Assembly (NCBI GenBank): GCA_963758495.1
Contig: CAVWVI010000003.1
Location: 768,001-832,000 of the forward strand
Source of the DNA: Oligoflexia bacterium
Lineage (GTDB): Bacteria; Bdellovibrionota; UBA1018
Reading direction: 5' to 3'
DNA: 64,000 nt
Positions 28,588 through 38,948 of the stretch are shown one piece after another. Below the pieces are notes generated by a model. That model was not told where the DNA came from. It was given only the letters and a program-made list of their open reading frames with translations, and did no database searches. The first letter of the stretch is position 1. The number at the start of each line of letters is the position of its first letter. The translations under genes were made by a program, and so were the position numbers.

Positions 28588-29802
28588 ATGAAGATCTGTT
28601 TTGGTATTACGGGAAGTATCGCCGCATACCGAAGTCCTGACATCGTCAAGGATTTAGTCTCCAAGGGGCACGACGTAAAGGTCGTACTGACTTCTAGTGC
28701 GCGAGAGCTGGTGAGCGCTCGAGTTCTGTCTACAGTCAGTATGAACCCTGTCCTTTCACATCATCCTTTTAATGAAGATCATGAAGGCACAGACCATATT
28801 AGTCTCGCGCGTTGGGCGGATTGTTTTATTATCTATGCGGCAACCGCTCATTTCATGGCTCGATTTGCACATGGCTTGAGTGATGATTTTCTTTCATTGC
28901 AGCTTCTTGCTGCCCAATGCCCTGTTTTCGTGGCACCTGCAATGAATCCCACCATGTGGGCTCACCCAGCAGTTCGTGAAAATTATCAAATTTTAAAATC
29001 AAGAGGTGTCCATTTTATAGACCCCATTCATGGAAAAGTCGCATGCGGAGAAGTCGGGATTGGACATATTGCTGATTCTCAAGACATCATTGCCGCCCTA
29101 TTGGCTAAAATGAATGCTCAATTGACTCCGCCCGATCTTTTTTTAAAGAATAAAAAAGTTTTAATTTCTGCAGGCCCTATGCGCACTTTTATCGATCCAG
29201 TCCGTTATGTTCAAAATCGGTCGTCTGGAAAAATGGGTTTGGAGATTGCTCAAGCAGCAATTCGCGCAGGTGCGAAAGTCACCGTACTTTTAGGCCCAGT
29301 CAATGAAACAATTGAAGCCGCTTTTCTAAATTGTGAAATTTTTAGATACGTAGGGCCTCAAGACTATGGCGAGAAGCTCGAAGAATTATTTCCTCGTTCG
29401 GATATCTTCTTGTCATTAGCTGCCGTATTAGATTTCAATTTAACACCCAATCTAAATAAAATTGAACGCAGCACTTTAGAAAAACTCGGAAATCTGAATA
29501 TTCCACTTCAATCCGTTCAAGACTTTGTAGCACTTATGGCTTCACGCAAAAAATCTGATCAACAAGTCATTGCTTTCGCAGCAGAAAGCGGGACCGATAC
29601 GGAGATTCTCGATCGAGCCACAAAAAAAATGAAAAAAAAATTAGTGAATGCAATTGTTGCGAATCCTGTCCGTCCCGGTCTTGGACCAGAAGCGGCTGAA
29701 AATGAACTTTGGATTATCAAGAGAGACCAGCAACCCTTGCATATGGGACCCGCTCCCAAAGCTCTCCTGGCAGAGCCCTTAATAAGGAGTCTTTTTAAAT
29801 GA
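28588..29802 (+). CDS. coaBC: Bifunctional PPC decarboxylase/ligase
   Basis: GSIAAY, APAMN, ACGEVG, DPVRYVQNRSSGKMG, FAAE. Confidence 0.95.
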   Translation: MKICFGITGSIAAYRSPDIVKDLVSKGHDVKVVLTSSARELVSARVLSTVSMNPVLSHHPFNEDHEGTDHISLARWADCFIIYAATAHFMARFAHGLSDDFLSLQLLAAQCPVFVAPAMNPTMWAHPAVRENYQILKSRGVHFIDPIHGKVACGEVGIGHIADSQDIIAALLAKMNAQLTPPDLFLKNKKVLISAGPMRTFIDPVRYVQNRSSGKMGLEIAQAAIRAGAKVTVLLGPVNETIEAAFLNCEIFRYVGPQDYGEKLEELFPRSDIFLSLAAVLDFNLTPNLNKIERSTLEKLGNLNIPLQSVQDFVALMASRKKSDQQVIAFAAESGTDTEILDRATKKMKKKLVNAIVANPVRPGLGPEAAENELWIIKRDQQPLHMGPAPKALLAEPLIRSLFK

Positions 29803-30647
29803 ATAAAAAAACACGCATTTTATTACCTCTAAGCATCATTATAATCTCTATTTTAAGTTACTTTATTTATGAAAGTTTTACCTACGTATCGACAGATGAT
29901 GCGCAAGTCTCCGCTCACGTTACGATGCTTTCATCTCGAATTAATGGAACCATTGAAAAAGTCTGGGTCCAAGAAAACCAAAAAGTCAAAGCAGGACAAA
30001 TTCTCTCACAAATTGATACTTCAGAATATTTAAATGCTTTAGAAGGTGCCAAAGCTCAAGTCGCATCTCTAGAGGCCAGGCTTCAAGAGGCAGAAATAAA
30101 CTTTAAACGATCTGGCCAACTTGTGAAAACCCAAGCCATTAGTCTGGAAAAATTTGATGCGGCTAAAGCCAGCTACAGAGAGTTAGTGGGCCGACTTCAA
30201 GCTGCTCAATCCCAACTCAATCAGGCAAATCTTAATGTCACTTATACTCGGATTATTGCACCCGCCGACGGAATTATTGCGCGAAAATCTGTAGAACCTG
30301 GCCAATTTGTACCCGTCGGCCAAGCTCTTTTTGGCTTTGTAGCCAATACAGAAAGATGGGTTACTGCAAATCTAAAAGAAACAGAATTGGGAAGTATTCA
30401 ACTTAGAAATCCCGTAACCATCACTATAGATGCTCTCCAGAATAAAACAATTAAAGGTGAAGTCGAAAGTATCAGTCCCAGTACAGGTGCAATATTCAGC
30501 CTACTCCCTCCAGATAATGCCACGGGAAACTTTACAAAAGTGGTTCAAAGAGTTCCTATCCGAATTAAACTTCTCAATCTTCAAGCTGATGATAGCGATC
30601 GGCTTCAAGCGGGTTTATCCGCTGTAGTCTCGATTCGAGTACGCTAA
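29799..30647 (+). CDS. EmrA/HlyD-family membrane fusion protein
   Basis: STDDAQV, ANLKET, FSLLPPDNATGNFTKVVQRVPIRI. Confidence 0.93.
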   Translation: MNKKTRILLPLSIIIISILSYFIYESFTYVSTDDAQVSAHVTMLSSRINGTIEKVWVQENQKVKAGQILSQIDTSEYLNALEGAKAQVASLEARLQEAEINFKRSGQLVKTQAISLEKFDAAKASYRELVGRLQAAQSQLNQANLNVTYTRIIAPADGIIARKSVEPGQFVPVGQALFGFVANTERWVTANLKETELGSIQLRNPVTITIDALQNKTIKGEVESISPSTGAIFSLLPPDNATGNFTKVVQRVPIRIKLLNLQADDSDRLQAGLSAVVSIRVR

Positions 30648-32266
30648 TGGCTAGTCAAGCCATTTCAACTCGCTCAAAGCTATTAGTTTTAGTAGCCGTT
30701 TTAGCTTCTCTATTGGAAATCATTGATACTTCAATTGTCAATGTTGCAATCCCTACTATGATGGGGAATTTGGGTGCGACTCTGGATGAAATAAGCTGGG
30801 TCGTTACAGGATACATTATTGCAAATGCTATTATTCTTCCTATCGCCAGTTGGATGAGCATACAATTCGGTCGAAAACTCTACTATACAGGCTGTATTCT
30901 CCTTTTTACCCTCTCGTCAGTCGCCTGCGGCCTTGCTCCTAACTTAACTACCCTTGTTTTATTTCGTATCATTCAGGGATTTGCGGGCGGTGCACTTTTG
31001 CCGACGTCCCAAGCCCTCATCTATGAAGCATTTCCCAAGGAACAAGCCGGAATGGCGGGCGCCATTTTTGGAATGAGTGTCATGATTGGTCCTACGATTG
31101 GTCCTACTTTGGGTGGCTATCTCACTGACAATTTCGGTTGGCGTTCTATTTTCAATATCAATTTACCTATTGGTCTCATCGTCATGATCCTCTCTTGGAT
31201 CTTAGTCGAAGATGTCGGATATATACATAATCCAGACACAAAAAAGAATTTTAAAGAAATTAGAAAATCTCTTTTCAAAACTAAGGAATCACGTACCCCT
31301 GTCGATAGTTTGGGTCTTACTCTTCTCATCTTAGGAATCGGTTGCATTCAATTTGTTTTAGAGAGAGGTCATGCTGAAGATTGGTTTGATTCTAAGCTGA
31401 TTACAGTGGCACTCTTAGTGGGAAGCGCATCTTTAGTGGGACTGATTATTTGGGAATTAAAAACCCCCCACCCTATCTTAGAATTACGCCATTTCAAAAA
31501 TCCAAGTTTTAGAAGTGGGGTCATTCTTATGTCTGGCCTAGGGGGCATGCTCTATGGCTTATTATTTTTAGTTCCTGTATTCGCGTCTACCATCCTGGGT
31601 ATGACTGCCACACAGACGGGGGAACTTTTTATCCCCGGAGCCTTGGCTGCCGCTTTTGCAATGCCTTTTATTGGTAATGCGATGAAAAAGACAGATCCGC
31701 GCTATTTGATTTTAATTGGAATTATATGTTTGGATTTAGGAATGTTTTTTATATCTCGCTTTAACTCACAATCATCTCCGTCTCAAATGTTTTACCCGCT
31801 TTTAATTCGAGGCGTTGCCATGTCCTTTCTCTTTGTGCCCATTAATACTTCTGTATTGACTCAGTTTAGTGGTGCCGCCATTGGGCAAGCCGCAGGCATG
31901 TTGAACTTATGTCGCCAACTCGGGGGAAGCGTCACCATTGCCGTTCTCTCTACTCTTTTTCAAAATATTCAAATAAGAGAATTTTCTTATTTATCGGAAC
32001 ATATTACCTGGTTTGATCAGGCCGCAAATCACGCTTATGCACTCTTCGCCGGAGGAATCCATTCGCAAATGCAAGTACTCCATGGCCTCGGAGATCCATC
32101 ACTTGAAACGATTAAAATACTTTACCTCAAAACCAGAAAGGAAGCTTTTGTTCTCGCTTATCAAAAATCGCTATTGATGGTTGTTGTAGGTTTTGCTCTC
32201 ACCTTGATTCCTCTCTATTTCATGAAGAAACCTAAAATAGACGGTCCTATTCCAACAGAACACTAG
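30647..32266 (+). CDS. DHA2-family MFS efflux permease (EmrB-like)
   Basis: DTSIVNVAIP, FRIIQG, GPTIGPTLGG, WRSIFNINLP. Confidence 0.93.
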   Translation: MASQAISTRSKLLVLVAVLASLLEIIDTSIVNVAIPTMMGNLGATLDEISWVVTGYIIANAIILPIASWMSIQFGRKLYYTGCILLFTLSSVACGLAPNLTTLVLFRIIQGFAGGALLPTSQALIYEAFPKEQAGMAGAIFGMSVMIGPTIGPTLGGYLTDNFGWRSIFNINLPIGLIVMILSWILVEDVGYIHNPDTKKNFKEIRKSLFKTKESRTPVDSLGLTLLILGIGCIQFVLERGHAEDWFDSKLITVALLVGSASLVGLIIWELKTPHPILELRHFKNPSFRSGVILMSGLGGMLYGLLFLVPVFASTILGMTATQTGELFIPGALAAAFAMPFIGNAMKKTDPRYLILIGIICLDLGMFFISRFNSQSSPSQMFYPLLIRGVAMSFLFVPINTSVLTQFSGAAIGQAAGMLNLCRQLGGSVTIAVLSTLFQNIQIREFSYLSEHITWFDQAANHAYALFAGGIHSQMQVLHGLGDPSLETIKILYLKTRKEAFVLAYQKSLLMVVVGFALTLIPLYFMKKPKIDGPIPTEH

Positions 32267-32466
32267 CATTCCTTAGATTTAACATAATGAGCAATAGAGA
32301 TCTACTTATCCACTTGTCCCCAGCAGCAGATCGTTGTAAGACAAGCCAACGTGCTTTAAGCTAATTGTGAGTCATTTTGAATTGCTGTGTTGCACACGGC
32401 CTTAAACTGAGCTTACTCACTAGAAGCACTGACTGTAACTGTTTAAAATGATGAGTGATTTCTTAC

Positions 32467-32556
32467 GGAGAGATGGCCGAGTGGCTGAAGGCGCACGCTT
32501 GGAAAGCGTGTTATGGGTTAAACCATACGAGGGTTCGAATCCCTCTCTCTCCGCCA
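32467..32556 (+). tRNA. tRNA-Ser(GGA)
   Basis: GGAGAGA/TCTCTCC acceptor stem, anticodon arm CACGC-TTGGAAA-GCGTG, long variable arm, GGTTCGAATCC, encoded CCA. Confidence 0.97.
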
Positions 32557-32654
32557 TCAAATAAAAGCATCACTAGAAAAACTCTATACACCCCCCTCCA
32601 CCCGGCAACAAATCGACGCTCTATTGAGCAATAGCTATGATAGTGTTCGGCTTA

Positions 32655-32694
32655 GATACTCTCTATATCGATACTCTCTAGATACTCTATTGAG
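32655..32694 (+). repeat. Short tandem GATACTCTCTA repeats upstream of the hybrid kinase
   Basis: GATACTCTCTA twice plus GATACTCTA; CTCTATTGAG also at 32619. Confidence 0.6.
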
Positions 32695-32703
32695 GGATTA
32701 ATT

Positions 32704-35700
32704 ATGAGAACCGGTGATAGAAGTGAATTTCCAATTGTGGGTATTGGTGCATCGGCTGGAGGACTCGAAGCCTTTACCCAACTTCTTACTCACCTGCCGA
32801 CTCATACCGGAATGGCATTTGTTCTGATTCAGCATCTGGACCCCAAACATGAAAGCATGTCAGTAGAAATTCTTTCCCGTACTACTCATATGAAAGTCAC
32901 TGAAGTCAAGCAGGGTACGCACGTGGAACCCAACTGTATTTATATTATTCCTCCTAACTTCAGGATGGGCATTTTACATGGAGCCTTGACTCTTTTCCCA
33001 CGTATCGAGGTCCGGGGTCACCAGCATCTAGTCATCGATTTCTTTCTTCAATCGCTTGCGGAAGATCTAAAACATCGTGCCGTGGGGGTCGTTCTATCGG
33101 GGGCCGGATCAGACGGGACTGAAGGGCTTTCTGCCATTAAGGCTAAGGGTGGGATTACTTTTGCTCAAGATCCTAAAACCGCAAAATTTGACACTATGCC
33201 TCTCAACGCAATTGCTTCTGGATCTGTTGATCTCATATTATCTCCTCAACAAATCGCAGAAGAAATAGGAAGACTAGCTCACCACTCGTATGTCGTTCCA
33301 GCTGCCATAGAAGAGCAGGCTGTAGAAGTTGAAGACCCTTCCATTTCGACACAGGATAGTTTGAGCCACATAGTTCTTTTGATTCGAAATCTTTGCCACG
33401 TAGATTTCACGCTTTATAAAACTACCACAATTAAGCGTCGCATTGAACGACGTATGATGCTGAATAAAATGAATAGCTTGAAGTCCTACACCGCATTCCT
33501 TTCCAAAAATCCAGATGAGGTAAAGGCCCTCTATGCTGATATCCTCATTCACGTAACAAGCTTCTTTCGAGATCCTGAGGCTTTTCAAGAATTGAAGACA
33601 AAGATCTTTCCAAAACTCATGGAAAGTCGCGTTGCAGGCATTCCTATTCGTATTTGGGTTCCTGGTTGCTCAACCGGCGAAGAAGCCTATTCTATTGCAA
33701 TAGCCTTAGTTGAATTCTTGGGTAAGAAGATTTCTCAGACGCCAATTCAAATTTTTGCGTCCGATATTTCTGAGCTAGCTATTCAAAAAGCTAGGATCGG
33801 AAAATATTCGGAAACTATCAGTCGACATATTTCTACAGATCGCCTCAAACGATTTTTTATAAGAATGGAAGATGGCGGTAGCTATAAGATTGCCAAGTCC
33901 ATTCGAGATTTATGTGTTTTTTCAAGGCATAGCGTCATAAATGACCCGCCCTTTGCTAAAATTGATCTCATTTCTTGTAGAAATCTTCTGATTTACTTTA
34001 CGGCCACTCTACAAAAACATGTCATTCCCATTTTTCATTATTCGCTTACCCCGAAAGGTTTCCTATGGCTTGGTCAGGCAGAATCCATTGCAGGATTTTC
34101 AGATTTATTTGCCATAATTAATAAAACACATAAACTTTATGTCAAAAAAGATACACCTATTACTTTGAGTCTTAATTTTCCGACCAACCCCTATGTCCCT
34201 GGAAAGCAGACCAAAATTCGAGAGCCAGTGCCTTTCGCAAAAGCTGCAATAGATACAAAAGCAGTCGCTGAGCAAATCCTTCAAACACAGTACCCCGGCT
34301 TTCTCATCAACGAAGAGATGGAAATTCTTCAGTTCCTCGGGAATACCAGCCATTTTGTGCAACATTCACCAGGAGCACCTAGCTATAATATTCTTAAAGT
34401 AATCCGTTCAGAGTTCTCGCGGGATCTACGTATGGCGCTCCAAATGGCTAAGAAACATACAGTTCTCATTAAAAAGGACGGCTTAAGTTTTAAAGAGGGC
34501 CGGAAACTCAAGACATTTACACTAAAGGTAATTCCAAGTAAGCCATCTAAAATCTCAAAAGAATGTTACTATTTAATCATTTTTGAAGATGCTACAGAAT
34601 CAACTCAGACCAGTAATAACCAAATAATCAGATCGAAGCGGGGAAAGTCAGGCTTAACAAATCGCAAAGATCCCTATCTGATAGAGTTAGAAAATGAACT
34701 GCTTGCGTCGCAAGAGTATCAACACTCTCTCATCGAAAAGTATGAAACCACGCAAGAGGACCTGACTACCGCTAATGAGGAACTTCAGAGCGCAAACGAA
34801 GAGCTTCAGAGTACTAACGAAGAGCTGGAAACGGCAAAGGAGGAATTGCAGAGCGGGAATGAAGAACTCACAACCGTAAACGATGAACTCCAAGTTCGAA
34901 GTTTTGAGCAGAATCAAACAAATAATGACCTCGTTAATCTCTTAGGCAGCGTTCAAATTCCGATCGTGATGTTAGGAAAAGACCGGAAGATTCGTCGATT
35001 TACACCACTGGCAGGAAAATTTTTGAACTTGATTCCAACCGATGTTGGGCGTCCCATTGGGGATCTCAGATTGAATTTTAGCTCTCCTGGAGCGCATTTT
35101 AATTTGGACGAATTGGTTTCAAATGTCATCGAGACAATGAATTCCACAGAAGAAGAAGTACAAGACGTGGCAGGGCGATGGTACCGCCTCCAATCGAGAC
35201 CTTATAAAACACTCGATGGCAGAATTGATGGAGCTGTTCTTGCACTCGTCGATATTAATGACCTGAAGCAGAGCTTACAGGAAATAAAACTAGCCCGGAG
35301 TGAAGCTGAGAAAGCCAACCGCGCCAAAGATCTTTTTTTAGCAATGCTCTCCCATGAACTGCGTACTCCACTGACAGCAATTCTTTCCTGGGCGCAGTTG
35401 TTACAATCGGGTACGTTGGACTCTGGGAAGATCAAACGAGCTGGCCAGATGATTGAGGACTGTGGAAACACTCAAAAGGACCTTATCAATGATCTTCTCG
35501 ATGTTTCTCGAATTATTGTGGGCAAAGTATCACTCGAAATAAATGAGGTAAATCCTATCGACATTGTTTCTCGGTCGATTGAGTCGGTTCGTTCGACTGC
35601 GGAAAAAAATTCGATTAAAATTGAAACTTTCTTTGATCCTAAAGCAGGAACCGTCATGGCCGACGCTATGCGACTCAAGCAAGTGTTTTCAAATTTACTC

Positions 35701-36483
35701 ACCAATGCAATCAAATTTTCCTCCCCCAATTCGAAAATCTGGGTGAGAGTAGAGAGAGGCATTGGCCATGAGAGTGACAAAGCAAAAATACGCATTTCTG
35801 TGGGGGATTCTGGTAAAGGGATTCGACCTGAATTTTTACCCCATATTTTTGATCGGTTTAGCCAGGAAGACAACTCCAGTATCCGAATGCATGGTGGATT
35901 AGGTTTGGGTCTATCGATTGTACGAAATCTTATTGAATTGCAGGGTGGAATTGTCCTGGCTGAAAGCGCTGGTGAAAATCTAGGCGCAACCTTTACAGTA
36001 ATTCTTCCCGTGAAGTCGGACTTCAATTCATTATCCAATCAACAAGTGCTTACAAAATCCATGAATAATCCTCTGCCAGTGTTTGGAGACAAAATGATTC
36101 GACTCGATGGGCTCCGAGTGCTCATTGTGGATGACCAGGCTAGCTCAAGAGAAGTGTTTACGGAGTCGCTCCGTTCTTTGGGGGCTGAAACTCTGGCTGC
36201 CAACTCGGCGCAAGAGGGACTTAGGATGTTCACGCAATTTCAGCCTCACGTCCTGGTAAGCGATATTGCGATGCCTGGAGAGGATGGCTATAGTCTGATT
36301 CGCAAAATCAGAGGGCTTTCATCCAAAAAGCTATCCGATACTCCTGCTATAGCACTGACAGCTTACAGCAGCAAAGAAGACGTCAAACAGGCCATTTCAG
36401 CTGGATTTCAAGCACATCTAGTCAAGCCGGTAGATGGGTACATTCTCGCCAAAACCATTTCTAATTTGGCTGGTCAAAAATAG
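32704..36483 (+). CDS. CheB-CheR-PAS-histidine kinase-REC hybrid
   Basis: GASAGG/QH/DG (CheB), TSFFRD/GCSTGEE/SCRN (CheR), NEELQS heptad repeats, SHELRTP, NAIKF, GLGLGL, terminal REC. Confidence 0.95.
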   Translation: MRTGDRSEFPIVGIGASAGGLEAFTQLLTHLPTHTGMAFVLIQHLDPKHESMSVEILSRTTHMKVTEVKQGTHVEPNCIYIIPPNFRMGILHGALTLFPRIEVRGHQHLVIDFFLQSLAEDLKHRAVGVVLSGAGSDGTEGLSAIKAKGGITFAQDPKTAKFDTMPLNAIASGSVDLILSPQQIAEEIGRLAHHSYVVPAAIEEQAVEVEDPSISTQDSLSHIVLLIRNLCHVDFTLYKTTTIKRRIERRMMLNKMNSLKSYTAFLSKNPDEVKALYADILIHVTSFFRDPEAFQELKTKIFPKLMESRVAGIPIRIWVPGCSTGEEAYSIAIALVEFLGKKISQTPIQIFASDISELAIQKARIGKYSETISRHISTDRLKRFFIRMEDGGSYKIAKSIRDLCVFSRHSVINDPPFAKIDLISCRNLLIYFTATLQKHVIPIFHYSLTPKGFLWLGQAESIAGFSDLFAIINKTHKLYVKKDTPITLSLNFPTNPYVPGKQTKIREPVPFAKAAIDTKAVAEQILQTQYPGFLINEEMEILQFLGNTSHFVQHSPGAPSYNILKVIRSEFSRDLRMALQMAKKHTVLIKKDGLSFKEGRKLKTFTLKVIPSKPSKISKECYYLIIFEDATESTQTSNNQIIRSKRGKSGLTNRKDPYLIELENELLASQEYQHSLIEKYETTQEDLTTANEELQSANEELQSTNEELETAKEELQSGNEELTTVNDELQVRSFEQNQTNNDLVNLLGSVQIPIVMLGKDRKIRRFTPLAGKFLNLIPTDVGRPIGDLRLNFSSPGAHFNLDELVSNVIETMNSTEEEVQDVAGRWYRLQSRPYKTLDGRIDGAVLALVDINDLKQSLQEIKLARSEAEKANRAKDLFLAMLSHELRTPLTAILSWAQLLQSGTLDSGKIKRAGQMIEDCGNTQKDLINDLLDVSRIIVGKVSLEINEVNPIDIVSRSIESVRSTAEKNSIKIETFFDPKAGTVMADAMRLKQVFSNLLTNAIKFSSPNSKIWVRVERGIGHESDKAKIRISVGDSGKGIRPEFLPHIFDRFSQEDNSSIRMHGGLGLGLSIVRNLIELQGGIVLAESAGENLGATFTVILPVKSDFNSLSNQQVLTKSMNNPLPVFGDKMIRLDGLRVLIVDDQASSREVFTESLRSLGAETLAANSAQEGLRMFTQFQPHVLVSDIAMPGEDGYSLIRKIRGLSSKKLSDTPAIALTAYSSKEDVKQAISAGFQAHLVKPVDGYILAKTISNLAGQK

Positions 36484-36733
36484 GTCAGCATTCATGAGAA
36501 CTAAAAATTTACTTATGTAAACGCTGTGGTTTTTTTTCAGTCAGTTTGTCACAAGATCGGCAAAGATGAACTTGCATCTGATCCCAGTCAAACCAATCCC
36601 CATCTCGTTGGGAAAAAACAAGACGGCAACAAAAACATTTAAATTGATTTTTTGCTGTTTTAAGTTGGAAAGTTTTCATTGAACACTCATCCTTTTAACG
36701 GTGAGCTAACGGTGAGTAATCAACCCGAGAAGG

Positions 36734-36820
36734 ATTATAAGGGATAGCCCACCCGTAACTCTATCCCTTATAATGATCCGAATCCTAAAACATTTCACTC
36801 TCTATTATTAGAGAATGAAA
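36734..36820. other. Tandem hairpins between convergent genes (terminator or structured 3' UTR)
   Basis: ATTATAAGGGATAG/CTATCCCTTATAAT 14-bp stem and TTTCACTCTCTA/TAGAGAATGAAA stem. Confidence 0.6.
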
Positions 36821-36848
36821 CGTCCGAAAACAAAAAGGAGCAACTCGC

Positions 36849-37193
36849 TTAGTAGCGACCTCCGCGGCCTCCGCCGAACCCACCGCGTGAGCGATCGCCC
36901 CCACCAAAACCACCGCCACCACCACCGCCGCGATTCTCGCGAGGAGCCATAGGCTTGGCTTCATTGACTGTCATAGCGCGTCCATCATAGTCGGCGCCAT
37001 TAAACTTGCTAATGCCCAGTTGAGCTTCTGCTTCTGTTGACATTTCAACAAAGCCGAATCCTTTGCTACGCCCTGAATCACGATCAATGATGATTTTAGC
37101 TGATTCAACAGTTCCACACTGAGCGAATGTGTCAGAAAGAATTTGATCTGTTGCTGAAAAAGGAAGATTACCTACGTATAGCTTTTTACCCAT
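36849..37193 (-). CDS. RRM RNA-binding protein with Gly-rich tail
   Basis: LYVGNL (RNP2), KGFGFVEM (RNP1); GGAGG RBS. Confidence 0.95.
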   Translation of the reverse strand: MGKKLYVGNLPFSATDQILSDTFAQCGTVESAKIIIDRDSGRSKGFGFVEMSTEAEAQLGISKFNGADYDGRAMTVNEAKPMAPRENRGGGGGGGFGGGDRSRGGFGGGRGGRY

Positions 37194-37461
37194 GAGACCT
37201 CCTAAAGGCTGGGAGCCGCTTAGGAGCGATATGGACACTATGTCCGCAGACTCGAAAGAAGCAAATGACTGATGTAAAGACTAGTACATTTCGACTGATT
37301 TTGATAGCTCTAAATTAAGTTGCCGATATAATGTAGTTTTTATATTATATTTTCTTTCTTTCTGACAAGACTATACTCAATCCAGAAGTACAAGTTTGAG
37401 ACGTAGAAAGCAGTCTATAGGTATTTTTTAAATTCATTTAGAGAAAAGGAAGTACCGCAAT

Positions 37462-37662
37462 ATGGCTAAACCAGGACGAGCAACACAAGCAAAACGAAGT
37501 CGTGAATTGGCAAAGAAAGAGAAGCAATGCAATAAAGAAGAGCGCCGAGCGGTCAAAAAAGAGCAAAAAGATCTCAGGACTACTCACTACTCTTTATTAG
37601 GAGAAGATCCGGATCTTATTGGTATTTACCCTGGACCTCAGAAACCTTTGACAGACGGCTAA
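37462..37662 (+). CDS. Small basic hypothetical protein
   Basis: AAGGA RBS; 66-aa Lys/Arg-rich ORF ending DPDLIGIYPGPQ. Confidence 0.7.
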   Translation: MAKPGRATQAKRSRELAKKEKQCNKEERRAVKKEQKDLRTTHYSLLGEDPDLIGIYPGPQKPLTDG

Positions 37663-37667
37663 AATAA

Positions 37668-38555
37668 ATGACTACCTCTGAACTATTACCTGACTTGAAT
37701 GCATTTTGGGATTTTGATCATCCCGAAAAAACTGAAAATCGTTTTCAAGAACTATTGACAGAAACGAGCCAAAGTCATCCAAGTTTTCATATCGAACTTC
37801 TTACACAAATAGCTCGGGCGAAGGGTTTACAAAACCAACTAGGAGAAGCTGAGCAAGTCTTGAAAGAAGCTGAAAAACTTCTTGAAAGCACTCATCCCAC
37901 CTCTCCACTTGCAAGAATTCGATTTCTTTTAGAAAAAGCAAGAATCCATATTTTGAGAAAAACTCCTTCTCAGGCTCGACCTCTCCTGATAGAGGCTGGA
38001 ACTTTAGCGAATCAGTCGAGAGATGATTTTTATTTCATAGATGCAGCCCAGTTACTAGCCGCTATTGAGCCTCCAAAACAGCAGCAAGAATGGATTCAAA
38101 AAGCATTAACTCTTGCTGAGTCCTCACAACAGCTTCAAGCGCAGCTGTGCCTCGGTAAACTGTACACAATTCGTGGATGGGCACAATATGATGCTCGACA
38201 ATTTGAAAATGCGCTTGATACTTTTAAAAAAGCGCTAAGCTGTATTAAGGCTGAAGGGATTCCAAGAAAAACGATTGTCGCTAAATGGGCTATAGCTAAG
38301 GTACTTCGTACACTTCACCGTTCAGTGGAGGCTTTAGAAATTCAAAAAGATCTACTTGCCGAGGCCAATCAGCTCAATCAAAAAGACGGCTATATTTACG
38401 AAGAGCTGGCTGAATGCCTTCAATCACTCAAGAGAAGCGATGAAGCTCAAATCTACTTTGATTTAGCTTATCGTGAGCTTTCCAAAGACGATTGGCTTTC
38501 CGACAATAAGCCAGACCGGATCAAGCGCCTTAAGAACCTGGGAAAGAGCAAATAG
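37668..38555 (+). CDS. TPR-repeat protein
   Basis: WDF..P..TE.RF, LLTQIARA, DGYIYEELAE; all-helical repeats. Confidence 0.8.
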   Translation: MTTSELLPDLNAFWDFDHPEKTENRFQELLTETSQSHPSFHIELLTQIARAKGLQNQLGEAEQVLKEAEKLLESTHPTSPLARIRFLLEKARIHILRKTPSQARPLLIEAGTLANQSRDDFYFIDAAQLLAAIEPPKQQQEWIQKALTLAESSQQLQAQLCLGKLYTIRGWAQYDARQFENALDTFKKALSCIKAEGIPRKTIVAKWAIAKVLRTLHRSVEALEIQKDLLAEANQLNQKDGYIYEELAECLQSLKRSDEAQIYFDLAYRELSKDDWLSDNKPDRIKRLKNLGKSK

Positions 38556-38574
38556 CATAGCGGAGGATGGTTTT

Positions 38575-38928
38575 ATGAGCTCATTTTTCAGCTCATTATT
38601 CATGGACGCTCAAGGGCATCCTTTATGGACCCCTATTGCAGGAATGACATTTGCTATCGTATTCTTGATTGTGGGAATTATGAGGGTTGTAGAATTTTCA
38701 GGTCTTAATTTAAGTAAATTTCAAAAATGTATTTTTATACCCGCTCATATTATAGGATGCTTTCTCTTTTCTTCGGTTGCTGCTTTGATCACGGTGGATA
38801 CTCATGGGATTTACAGATCCCTCATGAATTCTTTTTTTGCTGCAGGGATAGTCATTTTATTTCCCATACATATCTTTATCGGGATAAAACGAAGGATCAA
38901 GATCAAGCAACTGAACGGCATAGCATAG
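38575..38928 (+). CDS. Hypothetical membrane protein
   Basis: GGAGGA upstream; three hydrophobic segments. Confidence 0.6.
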   Translation: MSSFFSSLFMDAQGHPLWTPIAGMTFAIVFLIVGIMRVVEFSGLNLSKFQKCIFIPAHIIGCFLFSSVAALITVDTHGIYRSLMNSFFAAGIVILFPIHIFIGIKRRIKIKQLNGIA

Positions 38929-38948
38929 GATCACATCCCACTGGGGCT

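Noticed and set aside
32277..32304. Perfect XerD arm (ATTTAACATAA), possible dif site
   Set aside because: The XerC arm 6 nt away (TAGATCTCTAT) does not fit, an AT-rich 11-mer can occur by chance, and no GC-skew switch is apparent.
34760..34895. 21-bp periodic repeats (GAAGAGCTTCAGAG-like)
   Set aside because: They encode the standard NEELQS coiled coil of CheB/CheR fusions; not CRISPR.
35472..36038. Long antisense ORFs (also 42281-42850, 24744-25172 and many shorter ones)
   Set aside because: Shadows of well-supported genes on the opposite strand, with no motifs of their own.
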